Below are positions 51,869-63,083 of a DNA stretch of 64,000 bases, piece after piece. Both the position numbers and the translations under genes were made by a program. Numbering within the stretch: the stretch's first letter is position 1; each line of letters starts with the position of its first letter. The DNA comes from an uncultured beta proteobacterium (GTDB taxonomy: Bacteria > Pseudomonadota > Gammaproteobacteria > Burkholderiales > Burkholderiaceae_F), in the NCBI GenBank assembly GCA_963829995.1, contig CAWHKW010000031.1, positions 238,358 through 302,357 of the forward strand. The letters are read 5' to 3'. A model generated the notes under the pieces. The model was not told the origin of the DNA and searched no databases. It saw only the letters and a program-made list of their open reading frames with translations.

Positions 51869-53140
51869 ATGAACGACGAGGCGTTGCGCGAGCCGCTGCC
51901 CGTTGCGCGGCGTGCGCAGCGCGCGCTTCGAAAACTGTCGACCAGCACCCGGCCGCTCGTCTATGGCGGCAATCGAATCGAACTGCTGAAAAATGGCGAG
52001 CAATACTTCCCGCGCCTGCTAGCCGCGATCGACAGTGCCAGGCAGTCGATCTACATCGAAACCTACATTTTCGAGCTCGATAACGTTGGAGAGAAAGTCA
52101 GCGATGCCCTGGCAGCAGCGGCGCAACGCGGCGTCGCGGTGCATCTTCTTATCGATGGGTTCGGATCGCAAACTACCGCCGACGCGCTGATTGCGCGGCT
52201 GAAGCCGCACGGCGCGAAGGTGATCGTATTCCGGCGCACCCGATGGTGGCGGCTGGACCGGCGGCTTCTACGCCGGCTGCACCGCAAAGTCGCCCTGTTC
52301 GACGATCGGGTGGCATTCATCGGCGGCATCAACATCATCGACGATCATCATCATCCGGATCCCGAGCCGGTGCGCGCCGGTCTCGGTCCCCGCTTCGACT
52401 TTGCGGTCGCGTGCGAAGGCCCGCTAGTGGCGGCGGTTTCCTTTACGGTGACGAGGCTCTGGTGGACGGTGTCGGTGCTGCAGTTGAAGCGCAGGCCCGC
52501 CACACGGCCCGAACCGGTGCGGCCCGAGTTGATTGAGCCGGTAGCGGGCGAACAAACGGGCGTCCGCGCTGCGCTGTTGTTGCGCGATAACCTGCGCAAC
52601 CGCCGCACGATCGAGCGCGCCTACCTGGATGCATTCGCGCATGCTCGGCACGATGTGCTGATTGCAAATGCGTACTTTCTTCCGGGCAGGAAGTTTCGCG
52701 ACGCGTTGTGCGATTTGGCACGAGGTGGCGTGCGGGTGCGGCTGCTGTTACAGGGCCGAGTCGAGTACCGGTTGCAGCACTACGCACAGCAGGCGCTCTA
52801 TGGGGACTTGGTCAAGTTCGGAATCGAAATATACGAATACACGCCGAGCTACTTGCACGCCAAGGTCGCGGTCGTCGATCAAAAGTGGGCGACGGTCGGA
52901 TCGAGCAATATCGACCCGTACAGCCTTTTGTTGGCGCGTGAGGCGAACGTGGCGGTGTACGACGAAACCTTCGCAGGCGACCTGCAACGTGCACTCGAAG
53001 AGGCCATCGCCAATGATTCCAGTGTGGTCGATGCCGCGGCGTGCGCTCGGCGCAGCCGCTTGCAGCAAGCGTTGAGTTGGGCGGCGTATCAACTGGTACG
53101 GGTGCTGACGATGGTCGCTACGCGCCGCGCCGACGGTTAG
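51869..53140 (+). CDS. Phospholipase D/cardiolipin synthase ClsB-like (two HKD motifs)
   Basis: HRKVALFDD… and HAKVAVVDQKWATVGSSNID. Confidence 0.75.
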   Translation: MNDEALREPLPVARRAQRALRKLSTSTRPLVYGGNRIELLKNGEQYFPRLLAAIDSARQSIYIETYIFELDNVGEKVSDALAAAAQRGVAVHLLIDGFGSQTTADALIARLKPHGAKVIVFRRTRWWRLDRRLLRRLHRKVALFDDRVAFIGGINIIDDHHHPDPEPVRAGLGPRFDFAVACEGPLVAAVSFTVTRLWWTVSVLQLKRRPATRPEPVRPELIEPVAGEQTGVRAALLLRDNLRNRRTIERAYLDAFAHARHDVLIANAYFLPGRKFRDALCDLARGGVRVRLLLQGRVEYRLQHYAQQALYGDLVKFGIEIYEYTPSYLHAKVAVVDQKWATVGSSNIDPYSLLLAREANVAVYDETFAGDLQRALEEAIANDSSVVDAAACARRSRLQQALSWAAYQLVRVLTMVATRRADG

Positions 53141-53155
53141 CCTTCCGCTGTTTAG

Positions 53156-54193
53156 TTGCAAATGACCGAAGCTCCGCTGATCGTCGCCCGTCCCCAGGGG
53201 CTGTACTGCCCGCCGGGCGACTTCTATATCGATCCCTGGCGCGAAGTCGACCGGGCGGTTATCACGCACGCCCATGGCGATCACGCACGCCCGGGGCACG
53301 CAAGTTACCTGGCGGCGACTGCAGCCGAACACGTTCTGCGTACGCGGCTTGGCGCAATCACGCTGCAGACAATCGACTACGAAGATCCGATCGACATCAA
53401 CGGCGTGCGAGTGTCGCTGCATCCCGCCGGACATGTGCTCGGCTCCTCGCAGGTCAGAGTCGAACACGGCGGGCGGGTGTGGGTGGCTTCGGGCGACTAC
53501 AAACTCAATCCGGACGCAACGTGCCTTCCGTTCGAGCCCGTCCGTTGCGACACGTTCATCACCGAATCGACCTTCGGACTGCCGATCTATCGCTGGGATG
53601 ATTCCGCGCGGATCTTCAGCGACATCAACGCGTGGTGGAGCGCCAACGCAGACAGTGGGCGTGCATCGGTGCTGTTCTGCTATGCGTTCGGCAAAGCCCA
53701 ACGCATCTTGTCCGGGGTGGATGCGAGCATCGGCCGCATCGTCGTGCATGGTGCGGTCGAACCTTTGAATCGCGCGTACCGCGCCAGCGGTGTAGCACTG
53801 CCACCGACCCAACTCGTGTCGGAAACCGAGCCGGCCGATCTGGCGCGCGCGCTCATATTGGCGCCGCCGTCTGCGCAAGGCTCGCCGTGGCTGCGCCGCT
53901 TCGGCGATTACTCCGACGCGTTCGCTTCGGGCTGGATGCGATTGCGCGGCACGCGCCGCCGGCGCGCACTCGATCGCGGTTTCGTATTGTCGGATCACGC
54001 CGATTGGCCGGGATTGCTGCAGGCGGTCGACGCCACCGGCGCGCAACAGGTGATCGTTACGCACGGGCAGGTTCCGGTACTGGTGCGCTGGCTCAGCGAG
54101 CACGGGCGCGACGCCTCGGCATTCGAAACCGAGTACGGCGATGAGGAGGCGGGCGACGCGGTGGCAGCGGAGCATTCATCCGAGTTGGCATGA
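53156..54193 (+). CDS. Ligase-associated DNA damage response exonuclease (metallo-beta-lactamase fold)
   Basis: HAHGDHA MBL motif, and the first position in the conserved exonuclease-ligase-helicase module. Confidence 0.7.
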   Translation: MQMTEAPLIVARPQGLYCPPGDFYIDPWREVDRAVITHAHGDHARPGHASYLAATAAEHVLRTRLGAITLQTIDYEDPIDINGVRVSLHPAGHVLGSSQVRVEHGGRVWVASGDYKLNPDATCLPFEPVRCDTFITESTFGLPIYRWDDSARIFSDINAWWSANADSGRASVLFCYAFGKAQRILSGVDASIGRIVVHGAVEPLNRAYRASGVALPPTQLVSETEPADLARALILAPPSAQGSPWLRRFGDYSDAFASGWMRLRGTRRRRALDRGFVLSDHADWPGLLQAVDATGAQQVIVTHGQVPVLVRWLSEHGRDASAFETEYGDEEAGDAVAAEHSSELA

Positions 54194-55836
54194 AGCGCTT
54201 CGCAAGACTCTTCAATGAGCTCGACACTTCGACATCGACCCGCTCCAAGGTCGATGCGCTGAAGCGTTACTTTGCGATCGCCGACGCTGCCGATGCCGCC
54301 TGGGCTGTCTACTTTCTGGCCGGCGGAAAGCCGCGGCAGGCGATCAATTCACGCGTGTTGCGCGAGTTCGCGATCAGCGCCAGCGGCCTGCCCGATTGGT
54401 TGTTCGAAGAAAGCTATCAAGCCGTCGGCGACCTGGCCGAGACGATCGCGCTGCTGTTGCCGCCTCCCGTCCGGGCAAGCGATGGCTCGCTTGCGTTCTG
54501 GATCGAAGAACGATTGTTGCCGCTGCGTGGCCGCGCGCCGGCTGACGTGCTGGCAGCACTGCGCGACTACGTCGAAGAACTCGATACACCTGAGCGGTTC
54601 CTGCTGATCAAGCTGATCGGCGGCGGGTTTCGAGTCGGCGTGTCGAAATTGCTCGTGACGCGTGCGCTCGCAGAGCATTCGGGTATCGACGCGAAACTGG
54701 TTGCACAGCGGATGATCGGGTACACCGATGTCACGCTGGCGCCGACGCCCGAGCGGTACTCGGCGCTGATAAATACCGGCCAGCACGTCGTCGCCGATGG
54801 TCATCCTTATCCGTTTTTTCTTGCGCACTCTTTGACGCTGCCGGTCGAGCGCTTCGAGCAAGAGTTGGGGTCCCCCGCCCGGTGGCTGATCGAATGGAAG
54901 TACGACGGCATTCGCGCGCAACTGGTCCGTCGCGTTGGCAAAGCCTGGCTCTGGTCGCGCGGCGAGGAATTGATCACCGAACGTTTTCCGGAAGTCGTCG
55001 AGCGTGCGCGCCCCGTGCCCGACGGCACGGTGCTCGACGGCGAAATTCTGGTCTGGCGGGGCGATCGGCCGCAGCCGTTTGCGCTGCTGCAGAAACGTGT
55101 CACTCGCAAAAGTGTGACGGCGCAGGTATTGCGCGAGGCGCCTGCGGTGTTCATGGCGTACGACTTGCTGGAAGACGGCGGCGAAGATTTGCGAATGCGC
55201 CCGCAGCGAGAGCGGCGAGCAGCGCTCGAACGACTGGGCGCCGCGCACGACCTGCTGATCTCGCCGCGGCTCACGGGCGAGTCGTGGGAGCAACTTGCGT
55301 TGCTGCGCGAGCAGTCGCGCGATCGCGGCGTCGAAGGCTTGATGATCAAGCATCTTGAGTCGACCTATCGCGTGGGCCGCACCAAGGAGGCGAGTGCCAA
55401 CTGGTGGAAGTGGAAAATCGATCCGTATGCGGTCGACGCGGTGCTGGTCTACGCGCAGCGCGGCCACGGCCGCCGCGCCAGTTTGTATTCCGACTACACG
55501 TTCGCGGTCTGGGCTTCGGACTCGGGAACGCCCGCGCGTGCGTTGGTGCCGTTTACCAAGGCGTATTCGGGACTCACCGATGAAGAGATACGCAAGGTCG
55601 ACGCTGCAATTCGCCGCACGACGATCGAGAAGTTCGGGCCGGTGCGCAGCGTGACGCCGACGATGGTGTTCGAAATCGGCTTCGAGGGCATCCAGCGCTC
55701 GCCGCGGCACAAGAGCGGAATCGCAGTCCGGTTCCCGCGCATGCTGCGTTGGCGTCAGGACAAGCCGGTTGACGAAGCCGATACGCTGTCGGCGTTGCAG
55801 TCGCTGCTGGACCGCGCAGCCAGCGCGCAGGGGTAG
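54190..55836 (+). CDS. ATP-dependent DNA ligase (ligase-associated damage response, LigC-like)
   Basis: Adenylation motif EWKYDGIR (KxDG), plus motifs III-VI; 548 aa. 4-nt overlap with the exonuclease gene. Confidence 0.8.
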   Translation: MKRFARLFNELDTSTSTRSKVDALKRYFAIADAADAAWAVYFLAGGKPRQAINSRVLREFAISASGLPDWLFEESYQAVGDLAETIALLLPPPVRASDGSLAFWIEERLLPLRGRAPADVLAALRDYVEELDTPERFLLIKLIGGGFRVGVSKLLVTRALAEHSGIDAKLVAQRMIGYTDVTLAPTPERYSALINTGQHVVADGHPYPFFLAHSLTLPVERFEQELGSPARWLIEWKYDGIRAQLVRRVGKAWLWSRGEELITERFPEVVERARPVPDGTVLDGEILVWRGDRPQPFALLQKRVTRKSVTAQVLREAPAVFMAYDLLEDGGEDLRMRPQRERRAALERLGAAHDLLISPRLTGESWEQLALLREQSRDRGVEGLMIKHLESTYRVGRTKEASANWWKWKIDPYAVDAVLVYAQRGHGRRASLYSDYTFAVWASDSGTPARALVPFTKAYSGLTDEEIRKVDAAIRRTTIEKFGPVRSVTPTMVFEIGFEGIQRSPRHKSGIAVRFPRMLRWRQDKPVDEADTLSALQSLLDRAASAQG

Positions 55837-55881
55837 ACTTTCGGCGTCGCAAATTGCGCGATACATTCAAGGAGGCATTCG

Positions 55882-56130
55882 ATGAAGCGTTACGTTTCTG
55901 TTGCGGCAGCGCTCATGCTGTTCATGAGCGCCGCATTTGCCAATAGCTGCCCCACCATGATGAAAAAGATCGACGACGCGATGGCAGCGAAGCCGAAAAT
56001 GACCGACGCGCAAATGGCGGATGTCAAAAAGTACCGCGCTGAGGGCGAAACAATGCACAAGGCCGGCAAACACAAGGAATCGGAAGCCGCGCTGACCAAG
56101 GCGATGGCAATAATGAACATCAAGCCATAG
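55882..56130 (+). CDS. Small periplasmic protein (signal peptide, Lys/Ala-rich)
   Basis: [20 protein letters not shown] signal. Followed by a terminator. Confidence 0.5.
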   Translation: MKRYVSVAAALMLFMSAAFANSCPTMMKKIDDAMAAKPKMTDAQMADVKKYRAEGETMHKAGKHKESEAALTKAMAIMNIKP

Positions 56131-56136
56131 GAGAAG

Positions 56137-56176
56137 TTGCAACGACAACACGCCGCCCATGGGCGGCGTGTTGTTT
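56137..56176 (+). terminator. Rho-independent terminator
   Basis: ACACGCCGCCCATGGGCGGCGTGT perfect hairpin followed by TGTTTTTCG. Confidence 0.7.
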
Positions 56177-58780
56177 TTCGCGTCCTGCCTTGTGACTTAC
56201 AGAGGTTTACCGCCTGGGCCTAACGTCGGAACGCAGTTACGCGCGTTGCGTGCAAAAAAGGCGCGCGCGGATCGCGAAACGGCGATCGCGGGCGAGCCAA
56301 GGCGTACCGCGCTTCCTGATCCGGGTAAAGGCACGCAGCTCGTGTTGCCGAGCGCCGACGGTTGGTTTGCGGGGCACGGCTGGCAGCCGTTCGAATTTCA
56401 GCGTGATGTGTGGCGGCACGTGGCCGAAGGCCGCTCGGGACTGTTGCATGCGAGCACGGGATCGGGCAAGACATACGCTGTCTGGTTCGCATTGCTGAGT
56501 CGCGCGCTTGCCGGCCAAGTTCGCGCTGGTGGTCTGCGCTTGTTGTGGTTGACGCCGATGCGCGCGCTGGCAGCCGACACTGCGCGTTCACTCGCTGCCC
56601 CTCTGGATGATATGGGGCTGGCGTGGAGCGTCGGTGTTCGTACAGGAGACACCGACTCGGGCGAGCGTGCGCGGCAATCGAAGCAGCTGCCCGAAGTCCT
56701 GATCACGACGCCCGAGTCGCTGAGCCTGATGCTTTCGCGCGCAGAGAGTCGGGAGCAGTTGTCTGACCTGGCGATGATCGTCGTAGATGAATGGCATGAG
56801 TTGATCGGCTCCAAGCGCGGCGTGCAGTTGCAGCTTGCGCTGGCGCGGCTGCGCCGCTGGGCGCGCGGGCCGATGCCGGTGTGGGGTTTGTCAGCCACCT
56901 TGGGTAATACCGAACACGCGATGCAGGTCCTGCTCAACCGCGACGACGGCGTGCTGGTGCAGGGGCGGATCGACAAGACGCTGATCGTCGACACGTTGCT
57001 GCCCGACGAGCCCGGGCGGTTTCCGTGGGGCGGGCATCTCGGCATCAAGATGCTGCCGGCGGTCGTAACCGAGATCGCGTCGTCTTCGACGACGTTGATA
57101 TTTACCAACACCCGCTCGCAGGCCGAGCTTTGGTATCAAGCCATCCTCGAAGCCAAACCCGCGTGGGCGGGGCTGATTGCGCTGCATCACGGCTCGTTGG
57201 CGCGCGAGGTGCGCGACTGGGTCGAGCTCGGACTGAAGGAAGGCCGCCTGAAAGCAGTGGTGGCGACGTCGAGTCTCGACCTCGGCGTTGATTTCCTGCC
57301 GGTCGAACGTGTGCTGCAGATCGGCAGTCCGAAAGGTGTTGCGCGGCTGCTGCAGCGCGCCGGTCGTAGCGGTCATGCACCGGGACGTGCATCGCGAGTC
57401 ACTTTGGTGCCGACCAACACGCTGGAGCTTGTTGAGGCGGCCGCGGCAAGGAGCGCGCTACGTGAAGGCCGCATCGAATCGCGGCGTGCGCCCGAGCGCC
57501 CGCTTGATGTGCTGGTTCAGCACCTGGTGACAATTGCGCTTGGCACCGGGTTCATCGAGCACGAGCTACTCGCCGAAGTGCGTGACACATGGAGCTATCG
57601 CGCGCTTTCTGATGACGACTGGAACTGGACGCTCGATTTTGTCGGCCGCGGCGGCGAGGCGCTGCGCGCATATCCGGACTATCAGCGCGTCAGCCGCGAC
57701 GCGGAAGGTGTGTACCGCGTCGACAACGCGCGCATCGGACAGCGGCATCGGATGTCGATCGGCACCATCGTGTCCGACGCGTCGATGCTGGTGAAGATGA
57801 TGAACGGCCGCGATGTCGGCGTGATCGAGGAATCATTCATCGGCCGGCTGCGCAAGGGCGATACGTTTCTGTTCGGCGGCCGAATGCTTGAGCTGACGCG
57901 CGTGCACGAGATGACGGCGTATGTCCGTGTGGCAAAGAATCGCAGTGGCGCGGTGCCGCGCTGGGCCGGCGGCAAGATGCCGCTGTCGAGCGAGATGGCC
58001 GACGCCGCACTGCGCGAGCTCGAGGGTGCGCTCGCGGGAAACTATCACGCGCCTGAAATGAAGCTGGCGCGGCCGTTGATCGAGTTGCAGGCCAAATGGT
58101 CGAAGGTGCCTACCCGGGACACCCTGGTGGTGGAGTCGATGCGCTCGCGCGAAGGCCGGCACTTGTTCGTCTATCCATTTGCCGGGAGGCATGTCCACAT
58201 CGGGCTCGGCTCGCTGCTTGCGTACCGCATCGGCCAGGCAACGCCGTCGACGTTTTCGATTTCGATGAACGACTACGGCTTCGAGCTGCTGTCGCCGGTG
58301 GAGGTGGACTGGATGGGCGCATGGCAGCGCCGCAGCGATGCGCTGCTCACCTCCGATAACCTGCTCGAAGACGTATTGGCGAGCTTGAACGCCGGTGAGC
58401 TGGCGCTACGGCGCTTTCGAGAGGTGGCGCGGATATCCGGTTTGATTTTCCAGGGGTACCCGGGGGCTCCGAAGTCGACTAAGCAGCTGCAGGCCAGCTC
58501 CGGGCTGTTCTATGAGGTGTTTCGCAAATACGACGCCGGCAACAAACTGCTGGCGCAAGCCGAGCGTGAAGTGCTCGAGCAGGAGCTCGACATCGAACGG
58601 CTGCGCAGCGCGCTGCAACGGATGCGCGCGCAGCGGATTGTCTACCGGTTGCTGGCGCGCCCGACGCCGTTTGCCTTCCCGCTGATGATCGAGCGGCTCC
58701 GCGAACAGGTGACCACCGAAAAACTCGGAGCGCGCATCGAGCGGATGATCGCCGATCTGGAGCGTGCAGCGGCGGCTTGA
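56159..58780 (+). CDS. Ligase-associated DNA damage response DEXH-box helicase (Lhr-like)
   Basis: Motif I GSGKT, DEWH (motif II), [11 protein letters not shown]. The annotated ATG lies inside the upstream terminator, so the true start is probably the in-frame GTG at ~56342. Confidence 0.8.
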   Translation: MGGVLFFASCLVTYRGLPPGPNVGTQLRALRAKKARADRETAIAGEPRRTALPDPGKGTQLVLPSADGWFAGHGWQPFEFQRDVWRHVAEGRSGLLHASTGSGKTYAVWFALLSRALAGQVRAGGLRLLWLTPMRALAADTARSLAAPLDDMGLAWSVGVRTGDTDSGERARQSKQLPEVLITTPESLSLMLSRAESREQLSDLAMIVVDEWHELIGSKRGVQLQLALARLRRWARGPMPVWGLSATLGNTEHAMQVLLNRDDGVLVQGRIDKTLIVDTLLPDEPGRFPWGGHLGIKMLPAVVTEIASSSTTLIFTNTRSQAELWYQAILEAKPAWAGLIALHHGSLAREVRDWVELGLKEGRLKAVVATSSLDLGVDFLPVERVLQIGSPKGVARLLQRAGRSGHAPGRASRVTLVPTNTLELVEAAAARSALREGRIESRRAPERPLDVLVQHLVTIALGTGFIEHELLAEVRDTWSYRALSDDDWNWTLDFVGRGGEALRAYPDYQRVSRDAEGVYRVDNARIGQRHRMSIGTIVSDASMLVKMMNGRDVGVIEESFIGRLRKGDTFLFGGRMLELTRVHEMTAYVRVAKNRSGAVPRWAGGKMPLSSEMADAALRELEGALAGNYHAPEMKLARPLIELQAKWSKVPTRDTLVVESMRSREGRHLFVYPFAGRHVHIGLGSLLAYRIGQATPSTFSISMNDYGFELLSPVEVDWMGAWQRRSDALLTSDNLLEDVLASLNAGELALRRFREVARISGLIFQGYPGAPKSTKQLQASSGLFYEVFRKYDAGNKLLAQAEREVLEQELDIERLRSALQRMRAQRIVYRLLARPTPFAFPLMIERLREQVTTEKLGARIERMIADLERAAAA

Positions 58781-59043
58781 CCGCGACACGACTACCAGAT
58801 GTTGTGTCCACGGCGGCGTAAGGCCTATTTCTTGTATAGCTCTCGTGCGCGTTGCAGATGTCGATCAGGGCCGCTCAGAGGGGAAAGCGCGTTGCTGACA
58901 CGCAATTCTCCTCTGGAAAGTTGTTTTTCCCTCTTGTAATTCACTCTGATTCGCTTAGGATCGCGTCACGCAACGAGAGTGCTCTCTATAAATTAGGAGT
59001 GAGAACCCTGTCGCTGTGCCTCAACCCGAGAAGGAGCAAACCA

Positions 59044-59427
59044 ATGGCAATGAAGAAGGCAAAGAAAGCCGGAAAGAAATCAGCCAAGAAGGCGCCGGCG
59101 AAGAAAAGCGTTAAGAAGACTGCGAAGAAGTCGGTAAAAAGAGCGCCGGCCAAAAAAGCTGCAAAGAAGAGAACCGCACGCAAGCCGAACGCGGCATTCA
59201 TGAAGCCCATGATGCCGACAGGCCCGTTGGCAGCGATCCTGGGCTCGACCCCGATGCCACGCACCGAAGTCACCAGTCAGATCTGGAAGTACATCAAGAA
59301 GAACAACCTGCAGGACAAAGCCAACCGCCGCATGATCAATGCGGACGACAAGCTGCGCGCTTTGTTTGGCAAGGCGCAGGCGTCGATGTTCGAACTGACG
59401 AAGTACGTCAGCAAGCATTTGCGGTAA
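59044..59427 (+). CDS. SWIB/MDM2 domain protein with histone H1-like Lys/Ala-rich N-terminus
   Basis: KKAxKKxAKK repeats followed by SWIB core (…LAAILGSTPMPRTEVTSQIWKYIKKNNLQD…). Confidence 0.7.
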   Translation: MAMKKAKKAGKKSAKKAPAKKSVKKTAKKSVKRAPAKKAAKKRTARKPNAAFMKPMMPTGPLAAILGSTPMPRTEVTSQIWKYIKKNNLQDKANRRMINADDKLRALFGKAQASMFELTKYVSKHLR

Positions 59428-59857
59428 AGCTCAGCAGCGAGAAAAAGGCCACGCTTGCGTGGCCTTTGTTTTGCCCGCCGTCAGCCCGCTAGGAGACGGC
59501 CAAAGCGGGAACTCGGTGAGGAAATGCCCGCTGCGCGCGCGCTACCGCATCCGCGCCGCACGCCGACGGCCTATCTTGCTCGGTGCGCTGCGATTCCGGC
59601 GCCATCTGCGGTGACCCGTCAACGAGCACCAGAGCGGCGACAATGACGATCGCAGCAGCGATGCGCGCCGGGAAGCCGCACGGCGTTTGCGCGCGCTGCC
59701 CTCCGTCATCGATCCCGACCGGCCACTGCGAAGTCATTTGCATTCTCCATCGGACCGACTGCCGATCCGCTGGAGAACGATAGATGGTGCAGTCCCAAGC
59801 TTGAGTGGAATGATCAGTGCACCGCGCGTCGACAATTCGACAACGCGGGTGTCGGCT

Positions 59858-60439
59858 TTACTGCGCCCAGCGCGAGTGCCGCGGCAGCGAAGCCTGCAAA
59901 AACATCATCTGATCAGCCAGGATGCGGCGATTGCTCAGGATGAAGCCTTCGTTGCGGCATACCGCGTACGGTACGTAGCTGAGCGGCATGTTCGCTTCTT
60001 CCGGCCGGCGGTTGCCTTTGCGGGTATTGCAGGAGCGGCACGCGGTGACCACATTGGTCCATTCGTGACGCCCGCCGCGTGAAACCGGCACGATGTGCTC
60101 TACGGTCAGATCCGTTTCCGTAAAGCGATTGGCACAGTACGCGCAGATCTGGCGATCGCGCACGAACAGGCGGTGCTTCGTGAGCCCGACGTGCGCATGG
60201 CCAAATGGAATGCGATGCCGGCCGCGGATCATCACGATCGAACTGGTAACGAACTCTGAACGCGCACCGGTCGCCTCCTGCACGCCACCGGCCATTCCGA
60301 ACAGATTTTCGCCGAGCTCGGTAATAACTTTCCCTGCCGCGTAATAACGCGCGGCGCGCTGCATCAACGCCCAGCGAACCGGCTGCCCGTGGGAATCAAT
60401 GACCAGAATCTTGGCGGTGATATCGGACCCGTACAACAT
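59858..60439 (-). CDS. HNH endonuclease family protein
   Basis: HNH signature (CAYCANRF…TVEHIVPVSRGGRHEWTNVVTACRSCNTRKG). Confidence 0.7.
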   Translation of the reverse strand: MLYGSDITAKILVIDSHGQPVRWALMQRAARYYAAGKVITELGENLFGMAGGVQEATGARSEFVTSSIVMIRGRHRIPFGHAHVGLTKHRLFVRDRQICAYCANRFTETDLTVEHIVPVSRGGRHEWTNVVTACRSCNTRKGNRRPEEANMPLSYVPYAVCRNEGFILSNRRILADQMMFLQASLPRHSRWAQ

Positions 60440-60501
60440 AGCGGCACGAATTGTGCCACGGGCCCCGTGTGAGCAAGACACGTAGTTAAGGCAGAAACAA
60501 G

Positions 60502-60996
60502 CTAGTCGTTGCGGCCGCCATTTTGGATTGCCCACGGGTCAAGACCAGTTTCAGTTCGCTTGACCACACCGGCCGGATCGAAATAGATAAACATCGCCGC
60601 CTTGAACCCGCCGTAGGTGAAGTAACGATACATCCACGCGCTTTCGTTGCGCAGCTTGTAAAAGAACGTGTCGGCCGGTCGCCCGAAGTCGCGTAGCACA
60701 TCGTTTTGAGTGTCCTTGCCGGACTGCACTTTCGAGAACGCCGCGTCGCTCATCATCTGCTCGACGCGCGCAAGCCGGCCCTGCGCGTCAAAGTCAGCGT
60801 TCCACACCGACTGATCGAACGGCTGGTTGGAGTACTGAAGGCGCGTACCTCCTCCGGTTAGCGAATAGCTGCTAGTCGGATTGCCGAGCTTCGCGCGCGC
60901 TTGGTCTAGCGTAGTGCCCGGCGCGAGTGATGGTGGCGTCGCGCATGCTGCCAGCATCGAAGCGGCGGCCGCCAATAGCATTTTTGCTGGATTCAT
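60502..60996 (-). CDS. Hypothetical lipoprotein
   Basis: Lipobox LAACAT. Confidence 0.5.
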   Translation of the reverse strand: MNPAKMLLAAAASMLAACATPPSLAPGTTLDQARAKLGNPTSSYSLTGGGTRLQYSNQPFDQSVWNADFDAQGRLARVEQMMSDAAFSKVQSGKDTQNDVLRDFGRPADTFFYKLRNESAWMYRYFTYGGFKAAMFIYFDPAGVVKRTETGLDPWAIQNGGRND

Positions 60997-61072
60997 AACC
61001 TACCTTCCTGCATTGCTCTCGCGAGAATAGTCCAATGCAGGCGCCGCCGCGCGCGGCAGCTATTGCCCCCGC

Positions 61073-61264
61073 CTATTGCGTTGCAGTTTGGCGCTTCAGC
61101 GGCAGATTCATCCAGACAACTTCGGTGCCATATCTTTTCGCGGCAAGTTCAACGGCGGTGATGTAAAGGTAGTCGACGTTGTCTTCCGGAGCCTGCGCCA
61201 TCTGAACTGAGCTGCAGCCGGCCATGAACGACACGGCGAGAGCTGCGATTAGTGCCTTTCTCAT
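61073..61264 (-). CDS. Small lipoprotein (63 aa)
   Basis: Lipobox MAGCSS; short ORF only. Confidence 0.35.
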   Translation of the reverse strand: MRKALIAALAVSFMAGCSSVQMAQAPEDNVDYLYITAVELAAKRYGTEVVWMNLPLKRQTATQ

Positions 61265-61443
61265 GATGCCTCCATAGGTGCCCGACGCAGCCTTTCTGCG
61301 CTGCCGGGAACTTTACGCCGGCCGCCGTCAGCCGCAATACCCTTGTGACGAACTCGGCAAAGGCACGACGAACGGGCTTAGTCATCAACCGTGACCGGGG
61401 CGGTCGATAAACTGACCGATGCTCCAGCTGCAGATTCGCATCG

Positions 61444-62946
61444 ATGCCGACAGCCGAACCCACAGAGACGGAACTCAAACTCCAGCTTGCTCCGAGGCAC
61501 GTTGAGCGCTTCAAGCGCAGTCCCGTTCTGTCGAAGTTTGCACGTACAGAAGTGGCTATCGACAACGTCTACTTCGACACGCCTGATCGTTTGCTGCAGC
61601 GCCACCGAATGGCGCTGCGAGTCAGGAAAATTGGCGGACGCTGGCTGCAGACGCTGAAATCGGCCGGCAAAACGAGCGGTGCGCTCACCCATCGCGGCGA
61701 GTGGGAAACGCCGGCGCGTGCGGTGCGCGGCCAGGGGCAGCTGGATCTCGAGCTGCTGTCCGCGTCACCGCTGCCGGAACTACTAGCGCGGCAGAAGCAC
61801 CCGGTTGCATTGCAGCCCGTCTTTCGCACGCGGGTTCGCCGAACGCTGTGGGTCATCGAGCGCGCCGATGTAACGATCGAAGTGGCACTCGATATCGGTG
61901 AGATCAGCGCCAAGGGCGAGCGCACAACGTTGCGCGAACCGATTTGCGAAGTAGAACTGGAGCTGAAGGAGGACAAGAGTCAGGGCGGGGCCGCGGCCCT
62001 GATCGATCTCGCAATCGACCTGCTCGACGCGGGCGGCAAACAGCCATTAGCGCTGACGCCCATAGCACGCAGCAAGGGCGAGCGCGGCTATCAGCTTACG
62101 GCGCAGAGCCTGCCGACAGCGGTTAAGGCGTCGGCCAAGGGATTTGTCCAAGACATCACGGCAAAGGCAACAACGGCGCATGCCCTTCGAATGGTGGTGG
62201 CGCACGGCCTCGCAGTGTTGACCGCGAACATCGAGTTGCTGTTGCGCAACGACGATCCGGAGTATGTGCATCAGGCGCGCGTCGCGTTACGCCGCGTTCG
62301 GTCCGCTATCCGGCTCTTCGATCGCGAACGGCGGGACCTGCCGCAATCGCTGGCAGGCGAGCTGCGATGGTTTGCGCGCGCCTTGGGCGAAGCGCGAGAC
62401 TGGGACGTGATCGCCGACGAAACGCTGCCTTCGCTGACCGAAGGCATTGGTGCGGATGCGGTCAAGGCGCTGGTCGCGAAAGCCGATGCGCGACGCCGAC
62501 AGGCGCGCGCGGACATTCGCAAAGCCGCGCGCTCGACGCGCTATGCGGCGCTCGTGCTGAATGGCGAGCGTTGGTGCCTGACTCCTGCGCCGGCGGGCGC
62601 CGAACTGCTGGCGGATGCCGCGCAGCCCGCGCTGCAAAGCGCGTCGAAGAAGCTCTTGAAAGCGGCGCGCTTCTTCTCGGCGCTGACAGCGCCGCGGCGG
62701 CACGAGGTGCGAATCCTTGCGAAGCGATTGCGCTACGCACTCGATCTGTTCGCCGTTGCATTGCCGAAGCAGGCGACTACGCGTTACACGGAAGCGTTGT
62801 CCGAATTGCAGGACGTGCTCGGCTTGCTCAACGACGCTTCGGTTGCGAAGACGGTGTTGCCGCAGCTGACGAGATCGGCGCGACTGAAGAAGTCGGCGCA
62901 AGCGTGGTTTGCCGAGCATCGAGCCGGATCGCGTGCACGACGTTGA
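61444..62946 (+). CDS. CYTH (triphosphate tunnel metalloenzyme) and CHAD domain protein
   Basis: CYTH ExExK (ETELKLQLAP) at the N-terminus and a helical CHAD domain in the C-terminal half. Confidence 0.7.
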   Translation: MPTAEPTETELKLQLAPRHVERFKRSPVLSKFARTEVAIDNVYFDTPDRLLQRHRMALRVRKIGGRWLQTLKSAGKTSGALTHRGEWETPARAVRGQGQLDLELLSASPLPELLARQKHPVALQPVFRTRVRRTLWVIERADVTIEVALDIGEISAKGERTTLREPICEVELELKEDKSQGGAAALIDLAIDLLDAGGKQPLALTPIARSKGERGYQLTAQSLPTAVKASAKGFVQDITAKATTAHALRMVVAHGLAVLTANIELLLRNDDPEYVHQARVALRRVRSAIRLFDRERRDLPQSLAGELRWFARALGEARDWDVIADETLPSLTEGIGADAVKALVAKADARRRQARADIRKAARSTRYAALVLNGERWCLTPAPAGAELLADAAQPALQSASKKLLKAARFFSALTAPRRHEVRILAKRLRYALDLFAVALPKQATTRYTEALSELQDVLGLLNDASVAKTVLPQLTRSARLKKSAQAWFAEHRAGSRARR

Positions 62947-63083
62947 GCGTCGCTTGCTGAAACTTGTCGACGATGCAGATGCCGTGGAAGTAGAAGGCCC
63001 GCCGTTGTCGCTTCAGCGCGGCGCAAGCGCTAGTCCGCGCCCCGCTTTCCGTAGAAAACGCCGCGGCGCGCTGAGCGTGCGCG

